Source: Synechococcus sp.
GTDB lineage: Bacteria > Cyanobacteriota > Cyanobacteriia > Thermostichales > PCC-7336
Direction of reading: 5' to 3'
DNA length: 50,340 nucleotides
NCBI GenBank assembly: GCA_051439425.1
Contig: JBFRWD010000115.1
Coordinates: 1 to 50,340 of the forward strand
Shown here: positions 9,621-20,279 of the stretch, one piece after another
Layout of the letters: the number at the start of each line of letters is the position of its first letter
Position numbering within the stretch: the stretch's first letter is position 1
Notes under the pieces: generated by a model
Database searches by the model: none
What the model saw: only the letters and a program-made list of their open reading frames with translations
What the model was told of the DNA's origin: nothing
Position numbers and translations under genes: made by a program

Positions 9621-10226
9621 TTATTTCGGTGCAGCGTTAACTTGCTGCCACATATAGAGTGCTAGATACGAACGATGAGGTGCAAAGTAGGCGGCTGTAC
9701 GAGTGGTTTTGCGGTGCGTGCTCGTGAGGCGGGTGAGAGTCTTGCGGGGTGTGACATCGCCATCAGGCCAAATATCGGGGTCGCCGAAATAGAAGATGTT
9801 CATCATGTCGGCGGTCCACTGCCCCACGCCCCAAATCGTAGTCAGGCGTTTGCTGCGATCGCTAGAATTTAATTCGCATAGTTCATCCGCATCCAGCAAT
9901 CTGGCGATGGACGCCAGTGCAACCTCGCGCACGGCCCTTGCTTTGGCTGCAGACAGGCCACAGGCCCGTAAGGTTTCGGGGGTTGCATTGGCCAAATGTT
10001 CGACTAGATCTCCCTTGCAGCCTGCCAGGACGCGATTCCAGATCGATCGGGCAGCTTTGATGGACAGTTGCTGACCGGCGATAGCGCGACAGAGGCGGTC
10101 GGCAAATGGGGACGAGCGATCGGGAACTAATTCAATGGGGCCGATGGAGGCGATCGCCTTGGCCAAGTCTTCGCTAATTGAGTTCGCAATGTCTATAAAT
10201 CGAGCGTGAATCTCATCCGCACTCAT
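9621..10226 (-). CDS. DNA-3-methyladenine glycosylase II family (HhH-GPD, AlkA-like)
   Basis: RAIAGQQLSIKAARSI, LRACGLSAAKA, HhH motif LTTIWGVGQWTADM, DIWPDGD. Confidence 0.9.
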   Translation of the reverse strand: MSADEIHARFIDIANSISEDLAKAIASIGPIELVPDRSSPFADRLCRAIAGQQLSIKAARSIWNRVLAGCKGDLVEHLANATPETLRACGLSAAKARAVREVALASIARLLDADELCELNSSDRSKRLTTIWGVGQWTADMMNIFYFGDPDIWPDGDVTPRKTLTRLTSTHRKTTRTAAYFAPHRSYLALYMWQQVNAAPK

Positions 10227-10382
10227 TTGCAAGGGCTCTTGAGGCTAACGTCAATTAGACGGGCTGTTTGACCTGAATAGTTACTTAGCAAGCCTAACGA
10301 GTGCGCTAAGGTTGACGATGCCCATTACAGTAGTGTTCAAATATATGCCCTCACAGAGGATCCTATTTAAAGGAAAAACTGG

Positions 10383-12050
10383 TTATTCAACTAATCTAAT
10401 AGCTGCATCTAGGTCGTCTTGTGTAAAAGATCGAGTCATTGCATAGTTAAATGCTCCCGTATCTGAGGGGAACGAAACCTCTGTCAGGAAGGATTGGTGC
10501 TCACTAGAGTCATTGACATATGCTTCAAAAAATGAAGTGGCAGTCCATTGCATTACTCGACGAGCAAGTTCTTGATCGGGACCAATCAGTTGCGGAGGGA
10601 GTGCCAGGACATCATCTTCTAACGCTTTTGTGAAGGAGAAGTGAGTCCCATTTTTCACTAGGATCAAGTACCTTTCTTCAGACTGCAGCCAAGTAAAGGG
10701 GACAATTTGCTCCTCCACAGCAGGTGTTACAACATCGTCGGAACTAGCCACCATCATTGTCGGTACGTCTAGTTGCCCCATGCTGGTTGGACTAAAAAGA
10801 GAACTGCTGACGGGGTTGACGGCCAGTACGGCTGCAATGCGCTCGTCTCCTAAGTTGTTAGGCTGAGTAGGCATATCAAGTGCAAAGCATTGCAGTAATA
10901 GCGACAGATTGAAGGGGAGAAGTTTTTCCGCTTCTTCTTTGCATCGTTCAGACAAGTGTTCAAAATCTAAATGAGCTCCCCCCGCAGCGAGTACTGTGTA
11001 GCCTCCTAGAGAATGGCCGAAAATCCCTACTCCATCTGTACTTACTGTTCCCTGCCATGCAGGGTCTTGGGAGACTTTATCTTCCAGTGCGTCTAATAGG
11101 CTGGTGATGTCACGAGGTCTTTCTATAAAGAGATTGGGGTTGGGTCTTTCAGCAAATCCACTCGCTATGTTATCAAACCGCATCGTACTCGTGTCAGGGT
11201 GTTCCATAACGGCCGCAGCGAAGCCATGAGAGGCGAGGTGTTCTGCTAAGTAAGCAAACGTAATACGGTTGGAAGCTACTCCGTGGGAAATAACGATAAG
11301 TGGAGAAGGAGTATCAACGTCTTGAGGCAAGTAAACATCAGCGAAAACAACTTCTGATGGATCTCGCACTGAATTACTAAATGAGATCTCACGTTTTTCC
11401 CATCCCAGAGGGCCAGGCTCAGCAGGGATCATAAAGTCTGCAGGTAGTTCGTTAGGAGAAGATACGTTTAACCCCGTAGCTCCTTGCTGTTGGATGGCTG
11501 CGAAGATCCGATCGTCATCGATGAAAAATGTTTTCAGGTCCCCAACAGCTCTCAGGGCAACCCCCAGGTCGAGTCGTACTTGCGACAAGGGATAGTTACG
11601 AACAGCATTCATCACCGTTAGTCCCCCTTCTTCAAAGGAACCCAAAATCAATGAAGCCCGTAAGGCTCTTAGAAGTGCTTCATCATTAGGCCCTCCCCAA
11701 AACAAGGCCACAGAGCGCTGCAGCAAAGTGCCACCAATATGCGAGTCGATGAATGCGTTCAAGAAATTGGTTTCAACGTTCAGCGGCTCTCGCAGTACAG
11801 CTCTGATTGCCGCCTGTTCTTCAACGGTTAACCGATTGGCATACCATCTCAAACTTCGGGGAACATCACCCGTGTTGACAAAGGTTTCCAGGTCTTCCAC
11901 GGGAATTGCTCGCTGGAACGGGCCAAACCGAACACTGATTTCATCAGCCGAGCGAGCCGGGGATGCAACCAACATTGCTGATGTAAAAGCCAGACACAAC
12001 GCCGATACTGGAGCAGTAATTCTGGAGTATGGATGTTTAAGCTTGTTCAT
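10383..12050 (-). CDS. DUF1400 + alpha/beta hydrolase (cyanobacterial)
   Basis: Signal peptide, then ADEISVRFGPFQRAIPVEDLETF (DUF1400); ISHG, RPRDI, nucleophile elbow GHSLGG, DDVVTP, GTHFS. Confidence 0.9.
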   Translation of the reverse strand: MNKLKHPYSRITAPVSALCLAFTSAMLVASPARSADEISVRFGPFQRAIPVEDLETFVNTGDVPRSLRWYANRLTVEEQAAIRAVLREPLNVETNFLNAFIDSHIGGTLLQRSVALFWGGPNDEALLRALRASLILGSFEEGGLTVMNAVRNYPLSQVRLDLGVALRAVGDLKTFFIDDDRIFAAIQQQGATGLNVSSPNELPADFMIPAEPGPLGWEKREISFSNSVRDPSEVVFADVYLPQDVDTPSPLIVISHGVASNRITFAYLAEHLASHGFAAAVMEHPDTSTMRFDNIASGFAERPNPNLFIERPRDITSLLDALEDKVSQDPAWQGTVSTDGVGIFGHSLGGYTVLAAGGAHLDFEHLSERCKEEAEKLLPFNLSLLLQCFALDMPTQPNNLGDERIAAVLAVNPVSSSLFSPTSMGQLDVPTMMVASSDDVVTPAVEEQIVPFTWLQSEERYLILVKNGTHFSFTKALEDDVLALPPQLIGPDQELARRVMQWTATSFFEAYVNDSSEHQSFLTEVSFPSDTGAFNYAMTRSFTQDDLDAAIRLVE

Positions 12051-12461
12051 GGAATAAGATCGCCTTTATATGCAAATCTGAACCCAGACTGAATTAAACA
12101 ATGTTGGCCTGCATACAGCTGCGTATTCATGGAACGAAAGCAAACATTAGTAATAATTCTTTGAAAATACAATGCTATACAAGGGATTCATATTATCATT
12201 AAAACCTAGGCTAATTTGATTGAAACTATACAACGTAGTTCAAGGATTTATTTTAGTTTTCAATAGTTGCGAGTCTATTCAGCCCAATGATAGTCTCTCA
12301 TTCTTTAGATGCAGGCATCTTGGCAAATAAATATAGGGGACAGCTAAATCCTTGATTTGCCTGAAAAAGGCTAGTAGATTCTCCGTGGCTGACTGCAGAC
12401 AGCTATAGTTCAGAACGACCGCTTAGTTTGATACATCGATATTAGTGTGCGTGCATAAAAC

Positions 12462-15257
12462 ATGTTTTCTCAAGTCTCAGAGCGCTTCATGCATCGGCTT
12501 CAATGGATTTTAACCACCGGCTGGTTGCTAACTATTGGTTCCCTGTTTTACGATCCCTGGACAGCATCATTAACAGTAGAAAACCATCCCTGGAGTCCGC
12601 TCAGCATATCCAGCGAGTGCATTCAATTGCAAGGACAATGCCTTGAGCAGAGCCCATATGCCATTGGTGCAACAGTATTCTGGGGTGCTGTGGTACCCTC
12701 CGGGATCTTTATTTTGCTTGTCTTCGGGCACGAAGTGTGGAGGCGTATTTGTCCCCTCTCTTTCCTGTCTCAAATTCCACGTGCTTTAGGAAAGCAGCGC
12801 CAGCTCAAGCGAGTGAACGAGAAAACAGGAAAAATTCGGTTTGAGATAGCAAAGGTCAAATCTGACTCGTGGCTTGGGCGCAACTACCAGTACCTTCAAT
12901 TCGCTTATTTATTTATCGGTATCTGTGGTCGTATTCTTTTTTTTAATGCAGATCGTCTAGTTCTGGGTAGTTGGCTTCTGTTGACTATTGTTGCTGCGAT
13001 ATCGGTGGGATACTTCTATGGCGGTAAATCTTGGTGCCAGTATTTCTGCCCAATGGCTCCCGTACAAACTGTGTTCAGCGAGCCAAGAGGCCTCCTAGGT
13101 AGCAAAGCGCACATGAGTGAAAGTCGTATTAGTCAATCTATGTGTCGCACGGTAACCCCTGAGGGGGAAGAGCAAAGTGCATGTGTTGCCTGTCAAAGCC
13201 CATGTTTTGACATTGACTCCGAGCGCACCTACTGGGATGGCCTACAGGATCCTCAGGAATTGAGGATTCGCTTCGGCTATCTGGGTTTATTGACGGGCTA
13301 TTTTGTCTACTACTATCTCTATGCAGGCAGTTGGGATTACTACTTCTCGGGGATATGGAATAGAGATCCAAATCAATTGTCTTCTCTAATGAGTCCAGGT
13401 CTTTATCTATTTGGTGAGCCCATTAATATCCCTAAATTGTTTGCTGTGCCAATCGTTCTTGGAGCATTTACCTTTGCTGGGATGGCTTTTGGTCTCTTCA
13501 TAACCCGTCGAGCGGAAGCTCGGTATCAGAGTAGCCTCACAAAAAGTCCATATCTCATAAAACATCGCCTATTTATCCTGACAACATTTTTTGCATTTAA
13601 TATCTTCTTCCTATTTGCTGGAAGGCCACTCTTACAGCTAACCCCACTTTGGTTCCAGTTTTTGTTCGATAGCTTGATTGTGTTTGCCAGTACTCTCTGG
13701 CTATGGCAGAGCTGGGATCGTAGTCCGCCTCAATATAATCGCGAAAATCTGGCAAACCGTTTGCGTCGCAAGCTAGAAAAACTAGACCTAAATATCGACA
13801 ACGTTTTAGAGGGTCGTGCCTTAGACGCTCTCAATGCTGATGAGATCTTTGTCTTGGCTAAGGTGTTACCAGACTTTACTCATAAACAAAAACACCAGGT
13901 CTACAAAGGGGTTTTGCGCGATGCTTTAGCTGAAGGCTATGTCAGCAGTGCCAGTAGTCTTTTCGTGCTTCGACAGATGCGGAATGAGCTTTCAATTTCT
14001 GACAACGAGCACCAAGAGGTATTGGAAGAGTTAGGCGTAGAAGACCCGATCGTACTGAATCCTGATGTCCAGCATTCACTAGAAAATCAGGTTCGACTCA
14101 GTGGCTATCAGCGTTCTCTTGAGCGCTTGATACGGGTGCAACGAACTCAGAGTAATTCATCCACTGTCGAGTCCTCACCCAATGCCGCAGAAACCATGCA
14201 ATCGCTCCGGCGTGAATATTCTGTCTCGTTTCAAGAGGAAGAATGGGCTTTAACGGATCTCAATGCTGAAGCAATCCCAAAGGCTGAGGATTTGTTAACG
14301 AGGCTGAAGTGGTGGTTGGACTGTAGTAAGTCGTTGTCCGCTCCAACTTTACAAGACCATAAAGTGGTTTTGCCTATAGTTCAGGATGCGGTTTCACGAA
14401 AGCAGGAGATTATAGTGCGTGCACTATTAGAGCTTCTACCTGCTCTTCCTAAAGCGTCCGAGGCAGAAGCTGTTTTCCTCGAACTGAATCAGCTCACTCC
14501 CCCATCACTCAAAGATAAAGATCTTCTGGATGAATTATCCTGGGTTAGTTCGAAGACTGAGTCTGTGAGAGAGTCCCTACCCCAACCACTATCCGAGAAT
14601 TCAGATATACCGGTTGAGCCACCTGTCTCGGAAATAATTGAACACTTACAAAGGCTGCTCCAACATCCACGGTCATTGGTTTCAGCCGTGAGCCTATTTC
14701 TTTTGGCTCAACTGGATCTGAAACTAGCCATCGAAGACGCTCAGAATCTTGCCACTGCCAACACCAAGTTAATTCGCGATACCTCAACCCAGTTGATGGC
14801 GATTCAGAATCTACCTCTACTGAGCCAATTTCCTACTCTTGAGAAGTGTGTCTATCTGCACAATAGTGACTTTTTTAATGGCCTTGACTCCGCCACTTTG
14901 ACTACATTATCTGACCAGGCTGAAGTTAGAACCTACGCCCAAGGTGAAGCGATTACCGAGCCAGGAGATACCTGCAGGGAACTATTAATTTTGATGGAGG
15001 GAGAGGCAGACATACATTATCAAAATGCTGGCAATAGTCGGGTTGAGCAATTACATCCCGGTCAAGCTCTTGATGAGCTAGAAGTGCTAGGTCATTGTGA
15101 GTTCGAAAATCGTATCCTAGCAGTCGGTAATAGTACTCGAGTATTAGCTGTACCCGTTGATGCGTTTGATAGCTTAATCGAACTGGATGCGGACTTTGCT
15201 CGCCGTGTTTTAGATTTAGAAAGCCAACGTATTCAGCAGCTTATGCAAGCAAAATAG
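12462..15257 (+). CDS. polytopic membrane 4Fe-4S-binding (NapH/FixG-like) protein with C-terminal cyclic-nucleotide-binding domain
   Basis: WRRICPL, WCQYFCPM, CVACQSPCFDID; many TM helices; C-terminal SDFFNGLDSATLTTL...GEAITEPGD...LMEGEA...PGQALDEL cNMP-like fold. Confidence 0.85.
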   Translation: MFSQVSERFMHRLQWILTTGWLLTIGSLFYDPWTASLTVENHPWSPLSISSECIQLQGQCLEQSPYAIGATVFWGAVVPSGIFILLVFGHEVWRRICPLSFLSQIPRALGKQRQLKRVNEKTGKIRFEIAKVKSDSWLGRNYQYLQFAYLFIGICGRILFFNADRLVLGSWLLLTIVAAISVGYFYGGKSWCQYFCPMAPVQTVFSEPRGLLGSKAHMSESRISQSMCRTVTPEGEEQSACVACQSPCFDIDSERTYWDGLQDPQELRIRFGYLGLLTGYFVYYYLYAGSWDYYFSGIWNRDPNQLSSLMSPGLYLFGEPINIPKLFAVPIVLGAFTFAGMAFGLFITRRAEARYQSSLTKSPYLIKHRLFILTTFFAFNIFFLFAGRPLLQLTPLWFQFLFDSLIVFASTLWLWQSWDRSPPQYNRENLANRLRRKLEKLDLNIDNVLEGRALDALNADEIFVLAKVLPDFTHKQKHQVYKGVLRDALAEGYVSSASSLFVLRQMRNELSISDNEHQEVLEELGVEDPIVLNPDVQHSLENQVRLSGYQRSLERLIRVQRTQSNSSTVESSPNAAETMQSLRREYSVSFQEEEWALTDLNAEAIPKAEDLLTRLKWWLDCSKSLSAPTLQDHKVVLPIVQDAVSRKQEIIVRALLELLPALPKASEAEAVFLELNQLTPPSLKDKDLLDELSWVSSKTESVRESLPQPLSENSDIPVEPPVSEIIEHLQRLLQHPRSLVSAVSLFLLAQLDLKLAIEDAQNLATANTKLIRDTSTQLMAIQNLPLLSQFPTLEKCVYLHNSDFFNGLDSATLTTLSDQAEVRTYAQGEAITEPGDTCRELLILMEGEADIHYQNAGNSRVEQLHPGQALDELEVLGHCEFENRILAVGNSTRVLAVPVDAFDSLIELDADFARRVLDLESQRIQQLMQAK

Positions 15258-15466
15258 CAAGACTCTGTCAGGATTGACATCTTCAGATATTGGGAGCAGG
15301 TTTGTTTCTTGAAGATTCCCGTTCTTGAAAGAACTGCATAGTTGACGATACCTTGAAGTCAGGTGGAACAATCCATACCGGAATCGTTCGCAGTAATGTA
15401 CGCACTGTTTCTGGCTGATGCGACCCAATCACAGTTCAAGCAGTCTAGACATACTGCGGGGTTTGC

Positions 15467-16657
15467 TTAGCGTCCGGATGCGCCAGGGGCAAGTGGTTCA
15501 AATCGCACGATCTTGAATTCCCCTTGGCTGAGATTTTCGCCATCGCTAAGAACCGGTGAACGGTGCAGTTCGTTGACCGTGACGTAGATTTTTCCATCAG
15601 GACCAAAGGCAAACCCATCGGGCCAGGACATCTCGTCCGCTTGGTAAAGGGTCTCGTAGGAACCATCGGGTCGAACCACCCCAATTGAATCGTCCGTAAT
15701 GGAGGTGATGTAGACATTCCCTTCACCATCCACTGTCGAGCCATCGGAAATGGGCTTGTCTCCGTAGCGTTCTACCCGCTCCGCTAATTCCTCTGGGGCT
15801 AGCGACTCGTTCCGCAAGTCAGCCGTTCGTACCCGATACATTGATAAGCCGGACATTGGCGCGAAATAGAGCCACGTGTTAGTGGGGTCAACGGCAATGG
15901 GATTGGCTCCGATGCGGGCGGCTTCTCCGTTCAACAGTACTGTTTCGCCATCGATGACCATATCCAGGTCTTCAGGCCGAGTGAACTCCGACCCGGCCAA
16001 GACTCGACGGGCTCGACCCGTGACTAAATCCACCACGATAAGGGCCGAGGTTTCGGGGGTGGCTGTGTCGGTGATGTAGATGGTTTCGTGTTCGCGATCG
16101 ATCGCCAAATCGTTCAAAAATGCCCCATCACCCACAACAGGAGCCGCAAGGTAAATCACTTGGTGAAGGGTTTCGGTTTGGGTGTTCCAACCCACCAATC
16201 GTCCGGATTGACCTTCACCACCAGAATCGAGCATCCACAGAATCCCTTGGCGATCGGCCCGAATTCCCAGGACGTTGCTGAGGCCGGGACCATCTCCTAC
16301 AGGGGCGTTGGCCCAGTCCTCTGGAGGGTAAGGGGTGTCGGAACCGTCGCTTTCGACCTCAACCAGCTTGAGAGGTTGACCGTAGAATCCGTGCAGGCTC
16401 ATGAAGATGCGGCCATCGGGGGCAATCGCAATATTGCCGGGAGGTGTCTCCGGGCCGAATTCAAATACGGTTTCGATGGGAGAGATGTTTGGGATTTGGG
16501 CGACGATCTCAGGGGTAAGGATCTCAGGGGAGACGCTCTCAGCTAGTTGCTTTGGTGTGAGTTCGGTTGTTGTCGGATTGGCTATGGCAGTGCTTGCGAT
16601 CGCCATCAGTCCAGAAAACAGCATAGGGGCAGACGTAGATATTGTGTAACCAAACAT
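15467..16657 (-). CDS. major royal jelly protein/yellow family (L-dopachrome tautomerase-related) secreted beta-propeller
   Basis: Signal peptide; PGNIAIAPDGRIF, LWMLDSG, FLNDLAID, IYITD, KPISDG, WPDGFAFGPDG. Confidence 0.88.
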   Translation of the reverse strand: MFGYTISTSAPMLFSGLMAIASTAIANPTTTELTPKQLAESVSPEILTPEIVAQIPNISPIETVFEFGPETPPGNIAIAPDGRIFMSLHGFYGQPLKLVEVESDGSDTPYPPEDWANAPVGDGPGLSNVLGIRADRQGILWMLDSGGEGQSGRLVGWNTQTETLHQVIYLAAPVVGDGAFLNDLAIDREHETIYITDTATPETSALIVVDLVTGRARRVLAGSEFTRPEDLDMVIDGETVLLNGEAARIGANPIAVDPTNTWLYFAPMSGLSMYRVRTADLRNESLAPEELAERVERYGDKPISDGSTVDGEGNVYITSITDDSIGVVRPDGSYETLYQADEMSWPDGFAFGPDGKIYVTVNELHRSPVLSDGENLSQGEFKIVRFEPLAPGASGR

Positions 16658-16793
16658 GTCCGAGCATCCAAAAAGAGATAGTGACTATATAGCGCTTGGC
16701 GACCTGCCAGACAGAGTTCTCACCTGGTTTTCTGAATCTCTAGCTGCAGTCTTTCGGGGGGAGTCGCTCCAAAATGGTTGATGAATGATGCAT

Positions 16794-17720
16794 CTAAACC
16801 GACTGACGAATAGGGGCAACTTTGGGGATTGCTGCATAGCGATCCGCGATGAAATCGAGGAATACCTGCACGCGAGGAGAGAGGTTACGGCGATGGGTGA
16901 AGACGGCCTGTAAGAGCAAGCCTGGAGGCATGAGATTGGGAAATAAAGAGATCAGCTGTTGGTTTTTCAGCTCATCAATCACTTGAAAATCGAACAGGCT
17001 GGTAATGCCCAATCCGGCTAGAGCGGCGGTTTTCAAGACAGGGCCGTTGTCGGAGTTTAGGGTGCCACTGACCTGAATGGTGTGTTGGGTTCCATCAATG
17101 TCGAATTCCCACGGTAGGGGTTTGCCGTCATACACGTAGCGCAAGCAGTTGTGCTGCAATAGGTCATTCGGACAGGTTGGGACACCGTAGGTTTTTAAGT
17201 AACTGGGTGATGCGCACAGCACAAATTCTACTCGACCCAAGTGGCGGCGAATTAACCGAGAGTCGGATAAATCTCCCATTCGAACAGCGACATCAATTCC
17301 TTCGGTCACTAAGTCAACGCAGCGATCGGTTAATCTCAAATCCACTTGAATGTCTGGATATATGGCTAGAAATTCCGGCATCAGTTGCACCAGGACGTCG
17401 TGACCGAAGTCGAGAGAAACGCTGATGGTGAGCTGACCGCAGGGTTTGCCCCCCGACATGACTTCATCGTTGGCTTCTTCCAAATCTTGCAAGAGTCGGG
17501 CAACCCGTTCGTAGTAGGTGCGGCCTTCGTCGGTCAGGCTGAGCGATCGCGTTGTTCGTTGCAACAATCGCACCCCCAGGCGATCTTCTAGTTTGGCTAC
17601 CCGCTTGCTAATGGCGGATGGGGTGGTCCCCAGCGATCGCGCTGCAGCGCTGAAACTAGCGGTATCGACACTCTCCACAAATGCGATCAACTCGGGCAAA
17701 TGATTGAGGATTGCTTTCAT
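16794..17720 (-). CDS. LysR-family transcriptional regulator (CrgA/DmlR-like)
   Basis: SFSAAARSLGTTPSAISKRVAKLEDRLGVRLLQRTTRSLSLT; DLVTEGIDVAVR; ASPSYL. Confidence 0.95.
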   Translation of the reverse strand: MKAILNHLPELIAFVESVDTASFSAAARSLGTTPSAISKRVAKLEDRLGVRLLQRTTRSLSLTDEGRTYYERVARLLQDLEEANDEVMSGGKPCGQLTISVSLDFGHDVLVQLMPEFLAIYPDIQVDLRLTDRCVDLVTEGIDVAVRMGDLSDSRLIRRHLGRVEFVLCASPSYLKTYGVPTCPNDLLQHNCLRYVYDGKPLPWEFDIDGTQHTIQVSGTLNSDNGPVLKTAALAGLGITSLFDFQVIDELKNQQLISLFPNLMPPGLLLQAVFTHRRNLSPRVQVFLDFIADRYAAIPKVAPIRQSV

Positions 17721-17742
17721 TTGTTCGTCCTAGGCACAAATG
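17718..17742. promoter_or_regulatory. LysR recognition site (T-N11-A inverted repeat) overlapping the lysR start codon
   Basis: CATTTGT-N11(tcgtcctaggc)-ACAAATG with perfect 7-bp arms, in the divergent lysR/SDR promoter region. Confidence 0.7.
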
Positions 17743-17800
17743 ATTTGCCAGAATGGGGCTTTTTCTTCTATTCAAGCAAGGATTACGGTGAGTACTGTGG

Positions 17801-18529
17801 ATGAACTCAGGAAACTTGGCGGTGGGTAAGGTGGCGATTGTCACGGCATCCAGTCGTGGGATTGGAGCGGGGTGTGCAAGGGAACTGGCGGCACGAGGAT
17901 ACAAGGTGTCGTTGTTGGCCCGATCGCCGTCCGTGATGGATTTGGCTGATGAGCTGGACGGGATTGCCCTGCAAGGCTCGATGACGAATGTCGACGATCT
18001 GGAAGTGCTGGTGCAGTCCACGCTCGATCGCTGGGGCCGGATTGATGCTGTGGTCAATAGTTTTGGCGATCCGCCTCGCCCCGACTTGCTAGAGATTTCC
18101 GATTCGATGTGGATGGACAATTTCGAGATGTTGTTTTTGAGTGTGGTGCGGTTAGCCAGATTGGTGACGGAGCCAATGCGACGGCAGGGCGGGGGAGCAA
18201 TCGTCAATATCTCTGCCTGCGATTCGCAAGAACCCGATTTGGGAACGCCATTTAGCGGCACCCTGCGAGCGGCGATGGAAGGGTTTACCAAGCTGTATGC
18301 CAAGCGCTATCGGGGCGATCGTATCCGCATGAACTCGGTGGCTCCGTATTTTGTTGCGGACAGTCTTGAGGAATTAGAGGGGTGGACGGTGCCAGACAAT
18401 TTGATGTGGGGGCGTCCGGCCACGCATGCGGAATTGGCTAAAACGGTGGCCTTTCTGATTTCGGACGAGGCCAAGTTTGTGACTGGCACCACGCTAAAGG
18501 TGGATGAGGCCAGATCGGCAGGTGTCTGA
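17801..18529 (+). CDS. SDR-family oxidoreductase (atypical active site)
   Basis: KVAIVTASSRGIG, GRIDAVVN, GAIVNIS, FVTGTTLKVD; FSGTLR occupies the position of YxxxK. Confidence 0.9.
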   Translation: MNSGNLAVGKVAIVTASSRGIGAGCARELAARGYKVSLLARSPSVMDLADELDGIALQGSMTNVDDLEVLVQSTLDRWGRIDAVVNSFGDPPRPDLLEISDSMWMDNFEMLFLSVVRLARLVTEPMRRQGGGAIVNISACDSQEPDLGTPFSGTLRAAMEGFTKLYAKRYRGDRIRMNSVAPYFVADSLEELEGWTVPDNLMWGRPATHAELAKTVAFLISDEAKFVTGTTLKVDEARSAGV

Positions 18530-18700
18530 CCCGAGCGAATCTCGGAGAGTCGCGAACCGCGAGGGTTTGGCATTTGTCATGGATGAGATGAAAGCGATCG
18601 ATGGATCGCAAGATTGTGGCAGCACCACAATAGTCAGGCAGACTTCATCCGTCCGAGTTTTTTTGGGTAGCGAAACAACTATCATTTCACTCGTTTAATC

Positions 18701-20083
18701 ATGATTGTTTTACCGATGCGCGATCGCTTGCGCGACGAAATTCGAGAATTTTTGAAGTTAGCCATACCGCTAGCCAGCGCGCAGGTGGCGCAGTCGGCGA
18801 CAGGGTTTGCCGATACGGTCATGATGGGCCGGATGGGGCCGGATGTATTGGCAGCTGGTGGGCTGGCGGCCATTATCTACATGGCGATTATGACGACACT
18901 CGGTGGCGTGGTGATGGGGGTAAGTCCGCTGGTGGCAGAGGCCTTCGGGGCGGGGAATACCTCCCGAATCGAGCAGGTCACTCGCCAGGGTTTGTGGCTG
19001 GCGTTGCTGGTGTCGCTGCCGGTGGCCCACCTGACCGGGCATCTGGATGGTTGGATGCTGCGGGCGGGACAAAGCGAAACGACGGTCGAGCTGGCGGATA
19101 CGTATCTCGACATCATTCAGTGGAGTCTGTTTCCGGTGGCGGGGTTTACGGTGTTGCGGGCGATGGTGTCGGCACTGTCGCGGGCGCGCCCGGTCAGCAT
19201 CACGATTGTGGTGGGGACGGTGTTCAATATATTCGGGAACTACGCGCTGGGCTTCGGGAAGTTTGGTTTCCCGGCGATGGGGCTGGAGGGGTTGGCGCTG
19301 GCGACGGTGTTGGCCTGGTGGGGGATGTTTGCGGGATTGGGCCTGTATGTGTGGCTGCATCCATCGATGAAGGGCTATCGCGTCTTTGGGGGGCTGCGCC
19401 GCATTCGGCTGGGCTGCTTGCGGGAGCTGGCTTGGGTGGGGATACCGATTGGGCTGTTTTCGGGGCTGGAATCGGGGTTTTTCATGACCGTCATGCTGAT
19501 GGTAGGGACGCTGGGGACGGATGTATTGGCGGCCCATCAGGTGGTGTTGCAAACGATTGTGGTGGTGTTTATGGTTCCGCTGGGGATTTCGTTTGCCACA
19601 ACGGTGCGGGTGGGGCAATGGTTGGGCCGTCGGGATGTGCTGGGGATTCGGCAGGCAGCATGGGTGAGTACGGTAGCGACGGCATCGTTTATGGCGGTGG
19701 TGTCGGTGGTGTTTTTGCTGTTTCCCGAGCAGATTATTGGCATCTATTTGGATGTGAACGATCCGGCGAATGCGCGGGTGGTGGCACTAGCGGTGCCACT
19801 GCTGATGGTGGCTGCTCTGGCGCAAGTGATGGATGGGCTGCAAAAGACGGTGTACGGCTCGTTGCAGGGGTTGCAGGACACTCGGGTGCCGATGGTTCTG
19901 AATGCGATCGGGTTTTGGGGGATTGGGTTGTCGCTTGGGTACGTGCTCGGGTTTAGGTTTGGAATGGGCAGTGTGGGGCTGTGGATCGGGCAATCGGTGG
20001 CGGTGGCGGTGGTTGCTTCGTTGTTTATGTGGCGCTTTCAGCGGTTGGTGGACCAGCGACAGCGAGGCTTGGAGGGGGGCTAG
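18701..20083 (+). CDS. MATE-family efflux transporter (NorM-like)
   Basis: LKLAIPL...DTVMMGRMG, FGKFGFPAMGLEGLALAT, FMVPLGISFATTVRVG, LQGLQDTRVPM; about 12 TM helices. Confidence 0.93.
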   Translation: MIVLPMRDRLRDEIREFLKLAIPLASAQVAQSATGFADTVMMGRMGPDVLAAGGLAAIIYMAIMTTLGGVVMGVSPLVAEAFGAGNTSRIEQVTRQGLWLALLVSLPVAHLTGHLDGWMLRAGQSETTVELADTYLDIIQWSLFPVAGFTVLRAMVSALSRARPVSITIVVGTVFNIFGNYALGFGKFGFPAMGLEGLALATVLAWWGMFAGLGLYVWLHPSMKGYRVFGGLRRIRLGCLRELAWVGIPIGLFSGLESGFFMTVMLMVGTLGTDVLAAHQVVLQTIVVVFMVPLGISFATTVRVGQWLGRRDVLGIRQAAWVSTVATASFMAVVSVVFLLFPEQIIGIYLDVNDPANARVVALAVPLLMVAALAQVMDGLQKTVYGSLQGLQDTRVPMVLNAIGFWGIGLSLGYVLGFRFGMGSVGLWIGQSVAVAVVASLFMWRFQRLVDQRQRGLEGG

Positions 20084-20279
20084 AGCGTCCTCATTCCTGC
20101 GTAGGTAGGGGATGCAATGATGGTTTGGCGCTGTTTCGACCCGCCAGATTTTAGCGGATTGGGATAGAAGTGTGGAATTGCAGTGGCTTGCTAGGCCGAG
20201 TAGCGGATACAGTTACTCGGTTGCTTGGGTTGGTGAGATGCTTGCTTAACCCAGGCTTGTTAGGGCCATTGGGTGATGT

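Noticed and set aside
17656..18303. 215-aa antisense ORF across the SDR gene
   Set aside because: Antisense shadow typical of SDR genes; conflicts with the well-supported SDR and lysR
18770..19956. Long overlapping ORFs (282 aa minus, 320 aa plus) within the MATE gene
   Set aside because: Low-complexity His/Arg/Gln- or Gly-rich translations caused by G-rich codon usage
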